From sequence record OR995200.1: a DNA stretch of 64,000 nucleotides; one strand, 5' to 3'. The first letter of the stretch is position 1, and every line of letters begins with the position of its first letter. Origin of the DNA: Escherichia phage JY01. A program made the position numbers and the translations under genes. A model generated the notes under the pieces. It ran no database searches, was not told the origin of the DNA, and saw only the letters and a list, made by a program, of their open reading frames with translations. Shown one piece after another: positions 19,446 to 28,077 of this stretch.

Positions 19446-19824
19446 AGAATATGATGGAAAAGACTATATAAGCACCGCATACAGATTGAACTAATACCAT
19501 TCCAAAGAACCAAACGATATTATCAAACAATGTCTGTTTTACGTCGAAAGGACGTAAACTTACAGTAATATTATCACCTTTTTCTATTGAAGAATACATC
19601 TCTGGGGAAATATATTCACTAAATCTATAACCGTCTTTGAGTTCATATACGGCAATAAACGATAAACTAGACCCCTTTCCTTGAGTTCCTGTAATGGTAT
19701 TAACTACAGTAACATCATAATCTTTATAATGCATATAATCATTAATAGCATAATAACCATATGCAATTACTATACATAAACAACATATCAATAAATTCAA
19801 TCTTTTAATTATCAACTGTTTCAT
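19417..19824 (-). CDS. Hypothetical membrane protein
   Basis: 135-aa ORF with N- and C-terminal hydrophobic segments. Confidence 0.5.
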   Translation of the reverse strand: MKQLIIKRLNLLICCLCIVIAYGYYAINDYMHYKDYDVTVVNTITGTQGKGSSLSFIAVYELKDGYRFSEYISPEMYSSIEKGDNITVSLRPFDVKQTLFDNIVWFFGMVLVQSVCGAYIVFSIIFCVFSKIEIE

Positions 19825-19879
19825 AATAATCTCAATTAAAAGGGCTTAGAACCATTATACCATCCTTGGTATAAAGCGG

Positions 19880-20407
19880 TTATGCGAGTACCGTCTTTAA
19901 CCGTTCTTCAAATTTCCGAAGAGTGTTCTGGCGTTCAGCTCTTTGCTTTTTGTAAGTTTCAATACGCTCTGAAATGAGAGTGTATCGTTCATTTACTGAT
20001 TCTTTCATAAAATCAGGAATTTCACGAGAAGCTTTAATCTCATCAAATTTATCAATAACAGCTTGCTCTTCAGCAATTAAGTTATCATACATTAAAATAT
20101 CTTTCTTGATGAACTCAATATCTTCTTGAGTTACACGAGATAATTTAGATGCTTTATCCTTTTTGTACTGTTCGTTAGTATCACGAGACCAGTGTAATGT
20201 ACGATTTTTATTCGTATTTTTGTAAATTTCTACAATACCAATTTCATCAATAATAACGATCCAATTCCAACGGGATTTGTAAATTTGTCCTCCATCAACA
20301 GTGATTTCACCTCCGATTGAGATGTCGTTAAAGAACTTGCTTTGTGCTTCAGATTTAAATTTACCATCGTTGTAATTTACCAAGTTGAAAATATCTTTAG
20401 CGTTCAT
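19880..20407 (-). CDS. Hypothetical protein with C-terminal coiled coil
   Basis: Track ORF trimmed to MNAKDIF; the annotated first 20 codons are a read-through of the promoter/5'-UTR module. Confidence 0.55.
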   Translation of the reverse strand: MNAKDIFNLVNYNDGKFKSEAQSKFFNDISIGGEITVDGGQIYKSRWNWIVIIDEIGIVEIYKNTNKNRTLHWSRDTNEQYKKDKASKLSRVTQEDIEFIKKDILMYDNLIAEEQAVIDKFDEIKASREIPDFMKESVNERYTLISERIETYKKQRAERQNTLRKFEERLKTVLA

Positions 20408-20433
20408 TTTCTGTTCCTCCGTAGTTGATAGTT

Positions 20434-20465
20434 GTATAGTACCACAGAGGAACAGTCTTGTAAAC
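20434..20465 (-). promoter_or_regulatory. Early promoter with conserved 5'-UTR module
   Basis: Minus strand: GTTTAC, 17 nt, tgtgGTACTATAC, then AACTATCAACTAC GGAGG ATG. Confidence 0.6.
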
Positions 20466-20467
20466 AA

Positions 20468-20782
20468 CTAAAAGAAACTTCTTTCACAATTTTTTCCACT
20501 GAACCAAGCGCTCACTGCTTTCTTAGTCTCAGGAGCAGTGTTATCCATAAACCATTCAAAGGCAGCCTTTTTATGATTCTGGAGGGCTTCTCGGGCTTTA
20601 ATCTGCTCACGGTCTATTAACACTAACATATGAGCCTTTCTTGTCACCAAGGGCTTCTTATGATTCTTGGAGTATTCCCAGTCATTTGTCCAACGCATTG
20701 TCGTTGCGAACTGAAATACTGCTTCTTTAATTTTAGTTTCGTAAATTTCACGAGCCTTTGAGTATAACATCATTACCTCCAT
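20468..20782 (-). CDS. Hypothetical protein
   Basis: 104-aa ORF. Confidence 0.5.
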   Translation of the reverse strand: MEVMMLYSKAREIYETKIKEAVFQFATTMRWTNDWEYSKNHKKPLVTRKAHMLVLIDREQIKAREALQNHKKAAFEWFMDNTAPETKKAVSAWFSGKNCERSFF

Positions 20783-20871
20783 TTACCAGTTTAATTCTAG
20801 TCATCTTTTTGATGGCAGTCCATATAATCTATTTCTGAACTGCCTTTTTGTCATAGAAGGCCTCTTATGAA

Positions 20872-21840
20872 TTATTTCAGAAGAGTAACCTCAGCAATTT
20901 CTTCCCAACCGTTTTTGTCGGTCATAATAAAGTCAGCAAGATAAAGAGCAGTACGCAGTGAAACATTGCGTAAACGATTAACATTGACTTTCATCCATGA
21001 TAATGCTTTATAAGTTTCTTCATCAGAAAGACCGCGCTTTTGCATCATGTCAGTTGAAAGAATAACATCTTCAACCCTGACCATAATTTCTTCATTAGTG
21101 TGAACACCCAAATCCAAATAAACTGAGCGGGACACTAATGCTTGTAAATGTGGAGCAAGTTTAGTACCACGGTCTAATTCGCGGTCAATGTCAACGTTTG
21201 TGATAAAAACAATCGTTCCTTTAAATTCAAACTCACGCTCAATGCCTTTTTCTTCTAAGTAAGAAGATGCAGTGCTCCAGCAGACTTTACGGGTCTCTCC
21301 AGTGTCCAGAGCGGCTTTTAGAAGATTAAGAATATCCATATCAGAGAAAACATCCACATCATCAATCAAAAGGACAGAATTCTCTTCACGATTATTCCAA
21401 AGCTGCTCATAAAGACCGATACCGGAGATTTTACCGTTAATGCTTTTATATTCAATGTATCCAATATCATTTGCTTTATTTAAAGCTTTATCTAAAGAAT
21501 ACGTTTTACCAATACCTGCTGCACCAGAGATAATTAATGAACGAATGTTTCCGTTAATAATACCATTCGTCATCATTCCCATAACATTAAATCTTTTATT
21601 AATGCGGGTTTTCATATCTTCATACGATTCTTTAACTTCTTCAACTTTTACACCATCATATGAAATGTCTGATTTGTAAACCCAAACACCGCGACGTTTA
21701 CCGTCAATTTCAACAAAAACTTTACCATCTCCTTGTGCATCTACCGGAGCATTATCTGGGAACCATTCGCCTAAGAGCTCAAAAGTTCCAGAGATTTCTT
21801 TACCGAAGTAGATACCCTTATTGATAGTTACAGTTTTCAT
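20872..21840 (-). CDS. AAA-type P-loop ATPase
   Basis: Walker A GAAGIGKT and Walker B LLIDDVD; true start is the second ATG after GGAG. Confidence 0.7.
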   Translation of the reverse strand: MKTVTINKGIYFGKEISGTFELLGEWFPDNAPVDAQGDGKVFVEIDGKRRGVWVYKSDISYDGVKVEEVKESYEDMKTRINKRFNVMGMMTNGIINGNIRSLIISGAAGIGKTYSLDKALNKANDIGYIEYKSINGKISGIGLYEQLWNNREENSVLLIDDVDVFSDMDILNLLKAALDTGETRKVCWSTASSYLEEKGIEREFEFKGTIVFITNVDIDRELDRGTKLAPHLQALVSRSVYLDLGVHTNEEIMVRVEDVILSTDMMQKRGLSDEETYKALSWMKVNVNRLRNVSLRTALYLADFIMTDKNGWEEIAEVTLLK

Positions 21841-21876
21841 TTTATTCTCCAAATCTGTATCAGTAGTTGATAGTTG

Positions 21877-21907
21877 TATAGTACCATAAAGCTTTATGAT
21901 TGTAAAC
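21877..21907 (-). promoter_or_regulatory. Early promoter with conserved 5'-UTR module
   Basis: Minus strand: GTTTAC, 17 nt, ttatgGTACTATAC AACTATCAACTACTGA; upstream of the AAA ATPase gene. Confidence 0.6.
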
Positions 21908-21929
21908 CGTTTTGTGAAAAATTTTTGAA

Positions 21930-21955
21930 ATAAAAAAGGGAGCCCGAAGGCTCCC
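21930..21955 (-). terminator. Rho-independent terminator after the nucleotidyltransferase gene
   Basis: Minus strand GGGAGCC-UUCG-GGCUCCC followed by UUUUUUA. Confidence 0.65.
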
Positions 21956-21957
21956 TA

Positions 21958-22971
21958 TCATTTATAATAACTTCGGTGGTTTTCAAGATAGACCTTCTCA
22001 AGGAAGTCATCCCAGAAACTCATGTCTACTGTTTTAGGCATACCGTTCTTAGAAGCTTCAGTAGATGCTGCTTCTACTTGATCGACCACATCTTCTAAAA
22101 ACTCTTGAACCGTTTTAAATGGATGCTTACCCAACTTCACGTCGAGAATAAATGGAGCGTCTTGAAGTGGATAAATCAAGTCGCCAGTTTTGTAAATTTC
22201 CAATAGTTGAAGTCCACCACGACAGGCATGACTCAGAGCTTTCCAGTCAATGCCTTCATTGGCTTCGGCCTTACGAGCACGTTCACCATATTCAGCATCT
22301 AATTTGTTCAGTGACTGCTTAAGCTCAATAAGAGAAAGCGTTGTCTGATATTTACGACCCAATACAGTGTAGAACGTTTGTGGACCTGTTTTCTCATGAT
22401 TATGGAATACCCATTCACAGAACTCGTTTTCTGGAAGACGATGCTTAATATCTTCAATTTTAGTGCGACGTTGTCCTTGTGTTCCATCTTCTCGGTAGAC
22501 ATTCCGTTGATCAGGAATTTGATTAACTACTTTCAATACATCACGTAATGCAGCCAAACGAGAACCCTTGACACCGTATTTAGAAGCTTGCTTGCGGACA
22601 TATCCTAAATAGGATTTCATGTTAGTCGTATAAAAACGAGAACGGTTGTCTTGAATAAACTTCCACACATCAGGCAAATCGGATTTAACCACTAGTTCAG
22701 GTGGAGTGTGAAGCATATCCAATGCTACAGTTTCACCATCTGCTGCTAATTTAAAGAAATATTTAAGACTGTATAGTTCATGGTCAATATCATCTTTAGT
22801 GTTTTTAGATGATGTGTTGTTAGTGTTTTTACTCATATGCTCTTTAACATTTCCGATAAGAATATCGCGAGCACGAGGAACAAAGATTTCTTTAAAATCT
22901 ACATCAGATTCTGGAGTAGAAGTTCCATAAAGATGACTACCAAAATAGCTTTTCATTACTGTTTTCATCAT
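21958..22971 (-). CDS. Putative nucleotidyltransferase-fold protein
   Basis: N-terminal motif FGSHLYGTSTPESDVD fits the GS…D.D signature of polymerase-beta-like nucleotidyltransferases. Confidence 0.55.
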   Translation of the reverse strand: MMKTVMKSYFGSHLYGTSTPESDVDFKEIFVPRARDILIGNVKEHMSKNTNNTSSKNTKDDIDHELYSLKYFFKLAADGETVALDMLHTPPELVVKSDLPDVWKFIQDNRSRFYTTNMKSYLGYVRKQASKYGVKGSRLAALRDVLKVVNQIPDQRNVYREDGTQGQRRTKIEDIKHRLPENEFCEWVFHNHEKTGPQTFYTVLGRKYQTTLSLIELKQSLNKLDAEYGERARKAEANEGIDWKALSHACRGGLQLLEIYKTGDLIYPLQDAPFILDVKLGKHPFKTVQEFLEDVVDQVEAASTEASKNGMPKTVDMSFWDDFLEKVYLENHRSYYK

Positions 22972-23429
22972 TCAGCCTTATATTCAATAACAGGACATAC
23001 TTTAGCTTTACGGGCTTTTAAAAATTCGACGATAATAGATTTCTTGGGTTGAATAGGAGGTAAACCTTTATACGCCCTATCAATATTTTCTACATGTAAA
23101 GCATAATCCTTTTTCCATTTATAATCTTTATATTTTTCATGCAGTTGTGCAGGAATAACAAATGAACCAATAATAAGTAAAACAAGCAAAATGGCAAGTA
23201 TAAATGCTGATGGAATAAGAGTCCATAAACTACCAAAAATAAGCCATTTCTGCATGATTTCTGCACAGATAATAGTTAGACCTGCGAGTATAGTACATCC
23301 GAAAAAAGAAACGAAAAATGTAGGAATAACAACAGACCAAAAATACGCGCATAGTGTCTTAGGTCGTTGCCATTCATCGTTAAACAATTTGAATAATTTA
23401 TAGTGCCAAGAGTTTTCATTAATAATCAT
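22968..23429 (-). CDS. Hypothetical membrane protein
   Basis: 153-aa ORF with 3-4 predicted TM segments. Confidence 0.5.
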   Translation of the reverse strand: MIINENSWHYKLFKLFNDEWQRPKTLCAYFWSVVIPTFFVSFFGCTILAGLTIICAEIMQKWLIFGSLWTLIPSAFILAILLVLLIIGSFVIPAQLHEKYKDYKWKKDYALHVENIDRAYKGLPPIQPKKSIIVEFLKARKAKVCPVIEYKAE

Positions 23430-23431
23430 AA

Positions 23432-23953
23432 TTATCCTTTCATTGAAGGCGTAACGGTTGTTAAATACTTAATCATAGCTTCAGCTTCTGATTTTGATAA
23501 TGAAATTTCTTCATTGTTTTGACGAATAGAAATAAAATCCGGATGACGGTCACCACCAGCTTTTAAAACACACATATAAGTATCGACTTCGCCTTCAATA
23601 TTTGAAATGATTGAAGCAGTTCCGCATGAATGTGGTTTTTGATAAATCAATACAGCTTTTCTTCCACCGTTTGACTGTTCATAGGCTTTTAATACATCAA
23701 GCAAATCAGTTCTTTTATCAATAGCTAAAATGTTATTTTCATCTTCAATGTTAAATCCTTCGGATACTTCATAAAGTGTTACCCATAAATCACCGATGTC
23801 AATAACAGCATTTACTTTTCCACGACTTTCAAGAGTATGACAAATTTTCTTGATTTCGTCATAACTCATTTTAATAATATCATCTCCTTGACTAAGGAAG
23901 ATGTCATTTTTAAATTCAACACGAATTAAACCGCTTCCACTTGAAATAAACAT
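23432..23953 (-). CDS. Hypothetical protein, paralogue of 23960..24514
   Basis: 173-aa ORF; C-terminus SIRQ…SKSEAEAMIKYLTTVTPSM parallels the neighbour's SIRQ…TKDEAIALKTYLDSVIPTM. Confidence 0.5.
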   Translation of the reverse strand: MFISSGSGLIRVEFKNDIFLSQGDDIIKMSYDEIKKICHTLESRGKVNAVIDIGDLWVTLYEVSEGFNIEDENNILAIDKRTDLLDVLKAYEQSNGGRKAVLIYQKPHSCGTASIISNIEGEVDTYMCVLKAGGDRHPDFISIRQNNEEISLSKSEAEAMIKYLTTVTPSMKG

Positions 23954-23959
23954 ATTTCC

Positions 23960-24514
23960 TCACTTTGAAATCATAGTTGGAATGACAGAATCAAGATAAG
24001 TCTTTAGTGCAATAGCTTCGTCTTTGGTAAATGTGACAATATGTGATCGAAAATCGTCAATTTGACGAATAGATACTATATCTCCCTCTTCATAGCATTT
24101 TGAAACATTTAAAATAGTTTCATCATTCTGATTACAGGAGTTAGTAATAATAGCATTACATTTTTTAAACCATTTTAAATTATGTTTTCTTTTAGTAGAA
24201 TCATAAAAATATTTAATGTTAGTTATAAAATTATCCCAATTATTAATTGATAAGCACATTGACTCGCTTTTAATATTAAATCCTGGGCATGAAGAATAAA
24301 AATGAATTTTATGCTCATCATTAATGCTTACAATTTTATCAGTGTAAGCATATTCAATTTGGGTTAAATGAACAATTTCACTAGACGTAAAATATAACAT
24401 ATCATCTTCTTGCGTCAAACGATACATGTTATTTACTTTTTCTATAGCCAATTCACCAAAAAGCACACTATCTTCTAATACTAATCGTTTCATATTAATC
24501 CTTTTTATTGGCAT
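23960..24514 (-). CDS. Hypothetical protein, paralogue of 23432..23953
   Basis: 184-aa ORF sharing the C-terminal motif. Confidence 0.5.
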   Translation of the reverse strand: MPIKRINMKRLVLEDSVLFGELAIEKVNNMYRLTQEDDMLYFTSSEIVHLTQIEYAYTDKIVSINDEHKIHFYSSCPGFNIKSESMCLSINNWDNFITNIKYFYDSTKRKHNLKWFKKCNAIITNSCNQNDETILNVSKCYEEGDIVSIRQIDDFRSHIVTFTKDEAIALKTYLDSVIPTMISK

Positions 24515-24773
24515 GAATTTGTTCTAAAATTTTAGAGTATTCCTTTGTATCAGATTTACGTACAATCGATACACTATACGGCATACTATCGGTGTCTTTT
24601 ATAAAGCGTTCCAAATGACATTCTAATAAAATTTCTGGATTATAAATCGTGTACATCAAATTACCTGTTGCTCCACGATATTGACAGATTTCTACTGATT
24701 GAACACCATTCCATAATTTTGTTAAGACCAAATCACCTACTTCTAATTTAGGAAAGCCCATGTTATTCACCAA
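24495..24773 (-). CDS. Hypothetical protein
   Basis: 92-aa ORF. Confidence 0.45.
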   Translation of the reverse strand: MVNNMGFPKLEVGDLVLTKLWNGVQSVEICQYRGATGNLMYTIYNPEILLECHLERFIKDTDSMPYSVSIVRKSDTKEYSKILEQIHANKKD

Positions 24774-24948
24774 TTAAAGTTTCAATATAAGAATCAAGAT
24801 TTACTTTAGCTTCTTCCATAAGAGTTTTGTATTTAATCTTGTTGGCATGTCCGGAGAAAGCTGATTCATCAATAATTGTTGATGTATGAACAGCTTTACT
24901 ATACGTCTCAATTAATTCTCTTAATTTAAAAGCCTGCTCACTTGTCAT
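24763..24948 (-). CDS. Hypothetical protein
   Basis: 61-aa ORF; start overlaps the stop of an upstream 34-codon ORF (ATGTAATG). Confidence 0.4.
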   Translation of the reverse strand: MTSEQAFKLRELIETYSKAVHTSTIIDESAFSGHANKIKYKTLMEEAKVNLDSYIETLIGE

Positions 24949-25080
24949 TACATACTCCTTTGAATAATATCAATAATGTTGTTCACCAAATTATAAGTAA
25001 ACATTGGGTAATTATATTGAATCATCACATACACAACAAACAAAACTTTCATTCTCTTCTCCTTGACAGTTGGCAAGATT

Positions 25081-25110
25081 ACTATACCATAATCTTGCCA
25101 ACTTGTAAAC
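25081..25110 (-). promoter_or_regulatory. Early promoter with -10 inside a perfect 12-bp inverted repeat
   Basis: Minus strand: GTTTAC, aa, GTTGGCAAGATT atggtatagt AATCTTGCCAAC. Confidence 0.5.
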
Positions 25111-25275
25111 CATTAAATGACGTTTTCGATAAAATTCTGAAGCTTTGTATGAGCATCAACCATGATTTTCAATTCTTCTTTAGCGAAAGCTGTGCCTCTT
25201 TCACGAGAAGAGCATTCATAGTCAGAAACTGCATTAGCATATTCTTCAATTAGTTTCATTAAAAACATCTGCTTT

Positions 25276-25470
25276 TCAGTTTTCATTATTCCACCTAATC
25301 ATTTCAAGATATTGAACTAACTTAGCTTTAGATTTATCCAAATCCTTTTTAGCTGTTTCTATACCGTCGTATGAATATCCTTCACAATGCTCAACTGCTA
25401 ATTGATATGAATCTATTTCAATATCACGTGCTAATTTAATGATTTTTTCAAACTGTTCATGTGTTAGCAT
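25276..25470 (-). CDS. Hypothetical protein
   Basis: 64-aa ORF. Confidence 0.4.
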   Translation of the reverse strand: MLTHEQFEKIIKLARDIEIDSYQLAVEHCEGYSYDGIETAKKDLDKSKAKLVQYLEMIRWNNEN

Positions 25471-25472
25471 AC

Positions 25473-25676
25473 TTAAACTCTCGTATTATGATCGATAATT
25501 TCATCAAGAAACATATCTAACGCTTCTAAAGCATTATCAACTTTAGTTTCAAAGTCTTTAATGCCTTTATTCGAAATACCCGATGAATACCAAGCAAAGT
25601 CAATCAGCTCTTCATCTGCTTTACGAATTGAAGTCACTAATTCCTTGATTTTATCTGCTTGCTCTATACTAATCAT
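25473..25676 (-). CDS. Hypothetical protein
   Basis: Track ORF trimmed to internal Met after the upstream ORF end. Confidence 0.4.
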   Translation of the reverse strand: MISIEQADKIKELVTSIRKADEELIDFAWYSSGISNKGIKDFETKVDNALEALDMFLDEIIDHNTRV

Positions 25677-25864
25677 TATTCCACCACATATGACAGAGAG
25701 AATATTGCACACGCCATGTGAGTTGCAACTTCATCACACATATTATAACGTTTCTTAAGAAGTTCTACAAGTTCTTCACTAGTAACTTCATCCATGTCGA
25801 CGAAAAAATCACCATTAATGATGACGTAGATATTTCCTTCTTGATTAAGTGCTTCAATTTTCAT
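25676..25864 (-). CDS. Hypothetical protein
   Basis: Track ORF trimmed to MKIEALNQ; the upstream extension is the promoter/UTR module. Confidence 0.4.
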
Positions 25865-25892
25865 GATGTTCTCCTCTTTATCCGATAGTTGT

Positions 25893-25922
25893 ATAGTATC
25901 ACAGCTCAAACGGAAAGTAAAC
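25893..25922 (-). promoter_or_regulatory. Early promoter
   Basis: Minus strand: GTTTAC, 17 nt, tgtgATACTATAC; follows a terminator hairpin. Confidence 0.6.
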
Positions 25923-25931
25923 CGGTAAAAT

Positions 25932-25955
25932 GAAAAAAGTCTCCCGAAGGAGACT
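25932..25955 (-). terminator. Rho-independent terminator
   Basis: Minus strand AGUCUCC-UUCG-GGAGACU followed by UUUUUU, then an early promoter. Confidence 0.65.
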
Positions 25956-25959
25956 AATG

Positions 25960-26346
25960 TTATTCGAGGGAAAGAAGATACTTACTCTGGTAAAACATTC
26001 CAGTAATATCATCTATCGTGCTTTGAATGGCTGGAGGCATTTCTTTATAAATGCTGTTAGATTGGTCTAGTATGCGATCAATCATTTTAATTGTGTCGGT
26101 AGGAAGTTTACTGGCATCTGGAATTGAAGGCGTGTATTTTCTACCAGAATACCCCAAATATTGCTCACCAAATTTATCAATCAAATCTGGCAATTCGGAG
26201 AAAATAAAATCGTATGCTTTGTGTCTAGCATAACTTTTAGTTTCAAAATGCGCAGAATGAAAATAAGCTTGTGCAGCCATTAATAAACCTAAGTATTCAT
26301 CTGCCTTTGAAGGTTTTCCACTTTGTGAAAAGTCGCTGAATTTCAT
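25960..26346 (-). CDS. Hypothetical protein (rI.-1 position)
   Basis: 128-aa ORF immediately downstream of rI. Confidence 0.55.
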
Positions 26347-26636
26347 TCAGTCTCCAATTTAATGTTCATAATTCTAGCGTATGATTGTGCCATCTCCGCG
26401 CCTCGTTCTATACATTCAAAATCAGAAGAGCACGGGTCATTTTTATAGGTCGTTCTCATAAAACTATAGAACTGTTCAGATGATTCTACGCTTTTATTTT
26501 CAAAAAGCATATAAACATGTCTAATACCAGATTCCATAAATTTATCAAAATGAGGATCGACATTCGCTTCAATCGATGGTGATAAAGCAAATGACAATCC
26601 TAGCATGGCAAATAGTGCCGTTGCTTTTAAGGCCAT
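26343..26636 (-). CDS. rI: Lysis inhibition regulator RI
   Basis: 97-aa ORF recognised as T4 RI (MALKATALFAMLGLSF…); N-terminal signal-anchor. Confidence 0.85.
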   Translation of the reverse strand: MALKATALFAMLGLSFALSPSIEANVDPHFDKFMESGIRHVYMLFENKSVESSEQFYSFMRTTYKNDPCSSDFECIERGAEMAQSYARIMNIKLETE

Positions 26637-26648
26637 AAAGGCCTCCTA

Positions 26649-26861
26649 TCATTTTTGTCCTGTATTTACTTTATGCCGATGCACGGCCTTAACTTTATCA
26701 AGGTATTTTTCAAAATTTCGCAATCTAGTATAGTCTGCCGGAGATTGGTTGAGTGATACTTCTCGACGCAAAGCTGAAATGATATTTCCAACTTCCCTAC
26801 GAATTTCATCTAATTGAAGCACAGTAAGATTGCGAAGTTGCTTTTCAGTTAATTGTAGCAT
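26649..26861 (-). CDS. Hypothetical protein
   Basis: 70-aa ORF between tk and rI. Confidence 0.45.
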
Positions 26862-26903
26862 ATATACCCCTTTAGTTAGATAAACCTATTTATAACTTTT
26901 GCA

Positions 26904-27485
26904 CTAACCGAGCTTTTTAGTTAATTCGTTCCAGTGTTTTCTACACAAAGAAACATAAATTTCATCACCAATACAGATTTGATTACCTTCTTTAACTGGT
27001 GTTCCATCTTCCATTAATCGAGCTGTCATAATCGCTTTTTTGCCGCAATGACAAACTGCCTTTAGTTCAATAAGTTTATCTGCAATCGCCAAAAGTTCTT
27101 TAGAACCTTCAAACAATTTTCCAGCGAAATCAGTCCTTAATCCATAAGCCATAACAGGAACATTATATGTATCAACAATTCGGCTTAATTGGTGCACCTG
27201 TTCAGTTTTTAAAAACTGAGCTTCATCTACAAATACGCAATGAATATCTTTTTGTGCTTCAGCCCATTTATAGAACTCGAAAATATCCATATCATCTGTA
27301 ATAATATTCGCTTCCTGCTTAATTCCAATGCGAGAAACAACTTCACAGACAGAATCGCGAGTATCAATAGCAGGCTTAAGAACTAATACACCCATTCCAC
27401 GTTCTTTATAATTATGTGCAGCAGTCAAAAGAGAAGCAGATTTTCCAGCATTCATTGCTGCATAAGTAAAAATTAAACTCGCCAT
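26904..27485 (-). CDS. tk: Thymidine kinase
   Basis: 193-aa ORF with P-loop AMNAGKSASL and C-terminal zinc-ribbon cysteines. Confidence 0.92.
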   Translation of the reverse strand: MASLIFTYAAMNAGKSASLLTAAHNYKERGMGVLVLKPAIDTRDSVCEVVSRIGIKQEANIITDDMDIFEFYKWAEAQKDIHCVFVDEAQFLKTEQVHQLSRIVDTYNVPVMAYGLRTDFAGKLFEGSKELLAIADKLIELKAVCHCGKKAIMTARLMEDGTPVKEGNQICIGDEIYVSLCRKHWNELTKKLG

Positions 27486-27494
27486 ATCACCTTC

Positions 27495-27680
27495 TTAAAG
27501 CGTATTCACATAAGCTATTAATTCATTTTCTTTCTTATCAAACCGATCAGCAAATTCTTCCTGCTGTTCGGGAGATAGCGGGCCGTATTCATCATAAAAG
27601 GTGTTTGCTTCTGTATGCTCATCTAGAAGTTCATGGATAAGCTCAAACAATTTATCTTTTTGTTCTTTGCTTAGGCTCAC
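27495..27680 (-). CDS. Hypothetical acidic protein
   Basis: 61-aa ORF. Confidence 0.4.
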   Translation of the reverse strand: MSLSKEQKDKLFELIHELLDEHTEANTFYDEYGPLSPEQQEEFADRFDKKENELIAYVNTL

Positions 27681-27849
27681 AGTATGTCAATCCCCAAAAG
27701 TTTTAAAATGACTCGTTTCTGATTCATAACCGCTACGATTGAATGACCGTTGGGGTCTTTTTGACCTGATCCAATTATAAATCCTTTTTGCGCAGAAAGT
27801 TTAATCAAAACATCAAGTTCACGTAATAATTGATATTTTAAATCATCAT

Positions 27850-28077
27850 TCATTTTGGTTTACCTTCTTTAACGAAATCTGGATAAGGATAAAATCCCGA
27901 ATAAAATCCTTCACCTTTATGATTGATACATCCTTTATTAGAACAATAGCACCAATAATCGAAATCACAAGCCATTTCATCGTTGCATAAAGCAAAAACA
28001 ACCGGCCACTTACACTTTTCACAGTGGGCATTTTTAAGAATACTAGTTTGGCTCATAACCATGTAACCTTTAAGCAA
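27850..28077 (-). CDS. Hypothetical Cys-rich protein
   Basis: 75-aa ORF with many Cys/His; preferred over the overlapping 27846..28031 frame. Confidence 0.4.
   Translation of the reverse strand: MLKGYMVMSQTSILKNAHCEKCKWPVVFALCNDEMACDFDYWCYCSNKGCINHKGEGFYSGFYPYPDFVKEGKPK

Noticed and set aside
19880-20467. N-terminal extensions MFTRLFLCGTIQLSTTEEQK and MFTRGFSSDTITLSTTEENK (also at 41286..41531)
   Set aside because: These are translations of the conserved promoter/5'-UTR module, not protein sequence; genes trimmed to the Met after the GGAG.
24942-25253. Plus-strand 103-aa ORF
   Set aside because: Opposite to the local transcription direction and low-complexity; the region is better explained by a minus-strand promoter and two small minus-strand ORFs.
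27846-28031. Minus-strand 61-aa ORF overlapping the Cys-rich ORF 27850..28077
   Set aside because: Alternative frame of the same interval; the Cys-rich frame looks more protein-like. Only one is kept.
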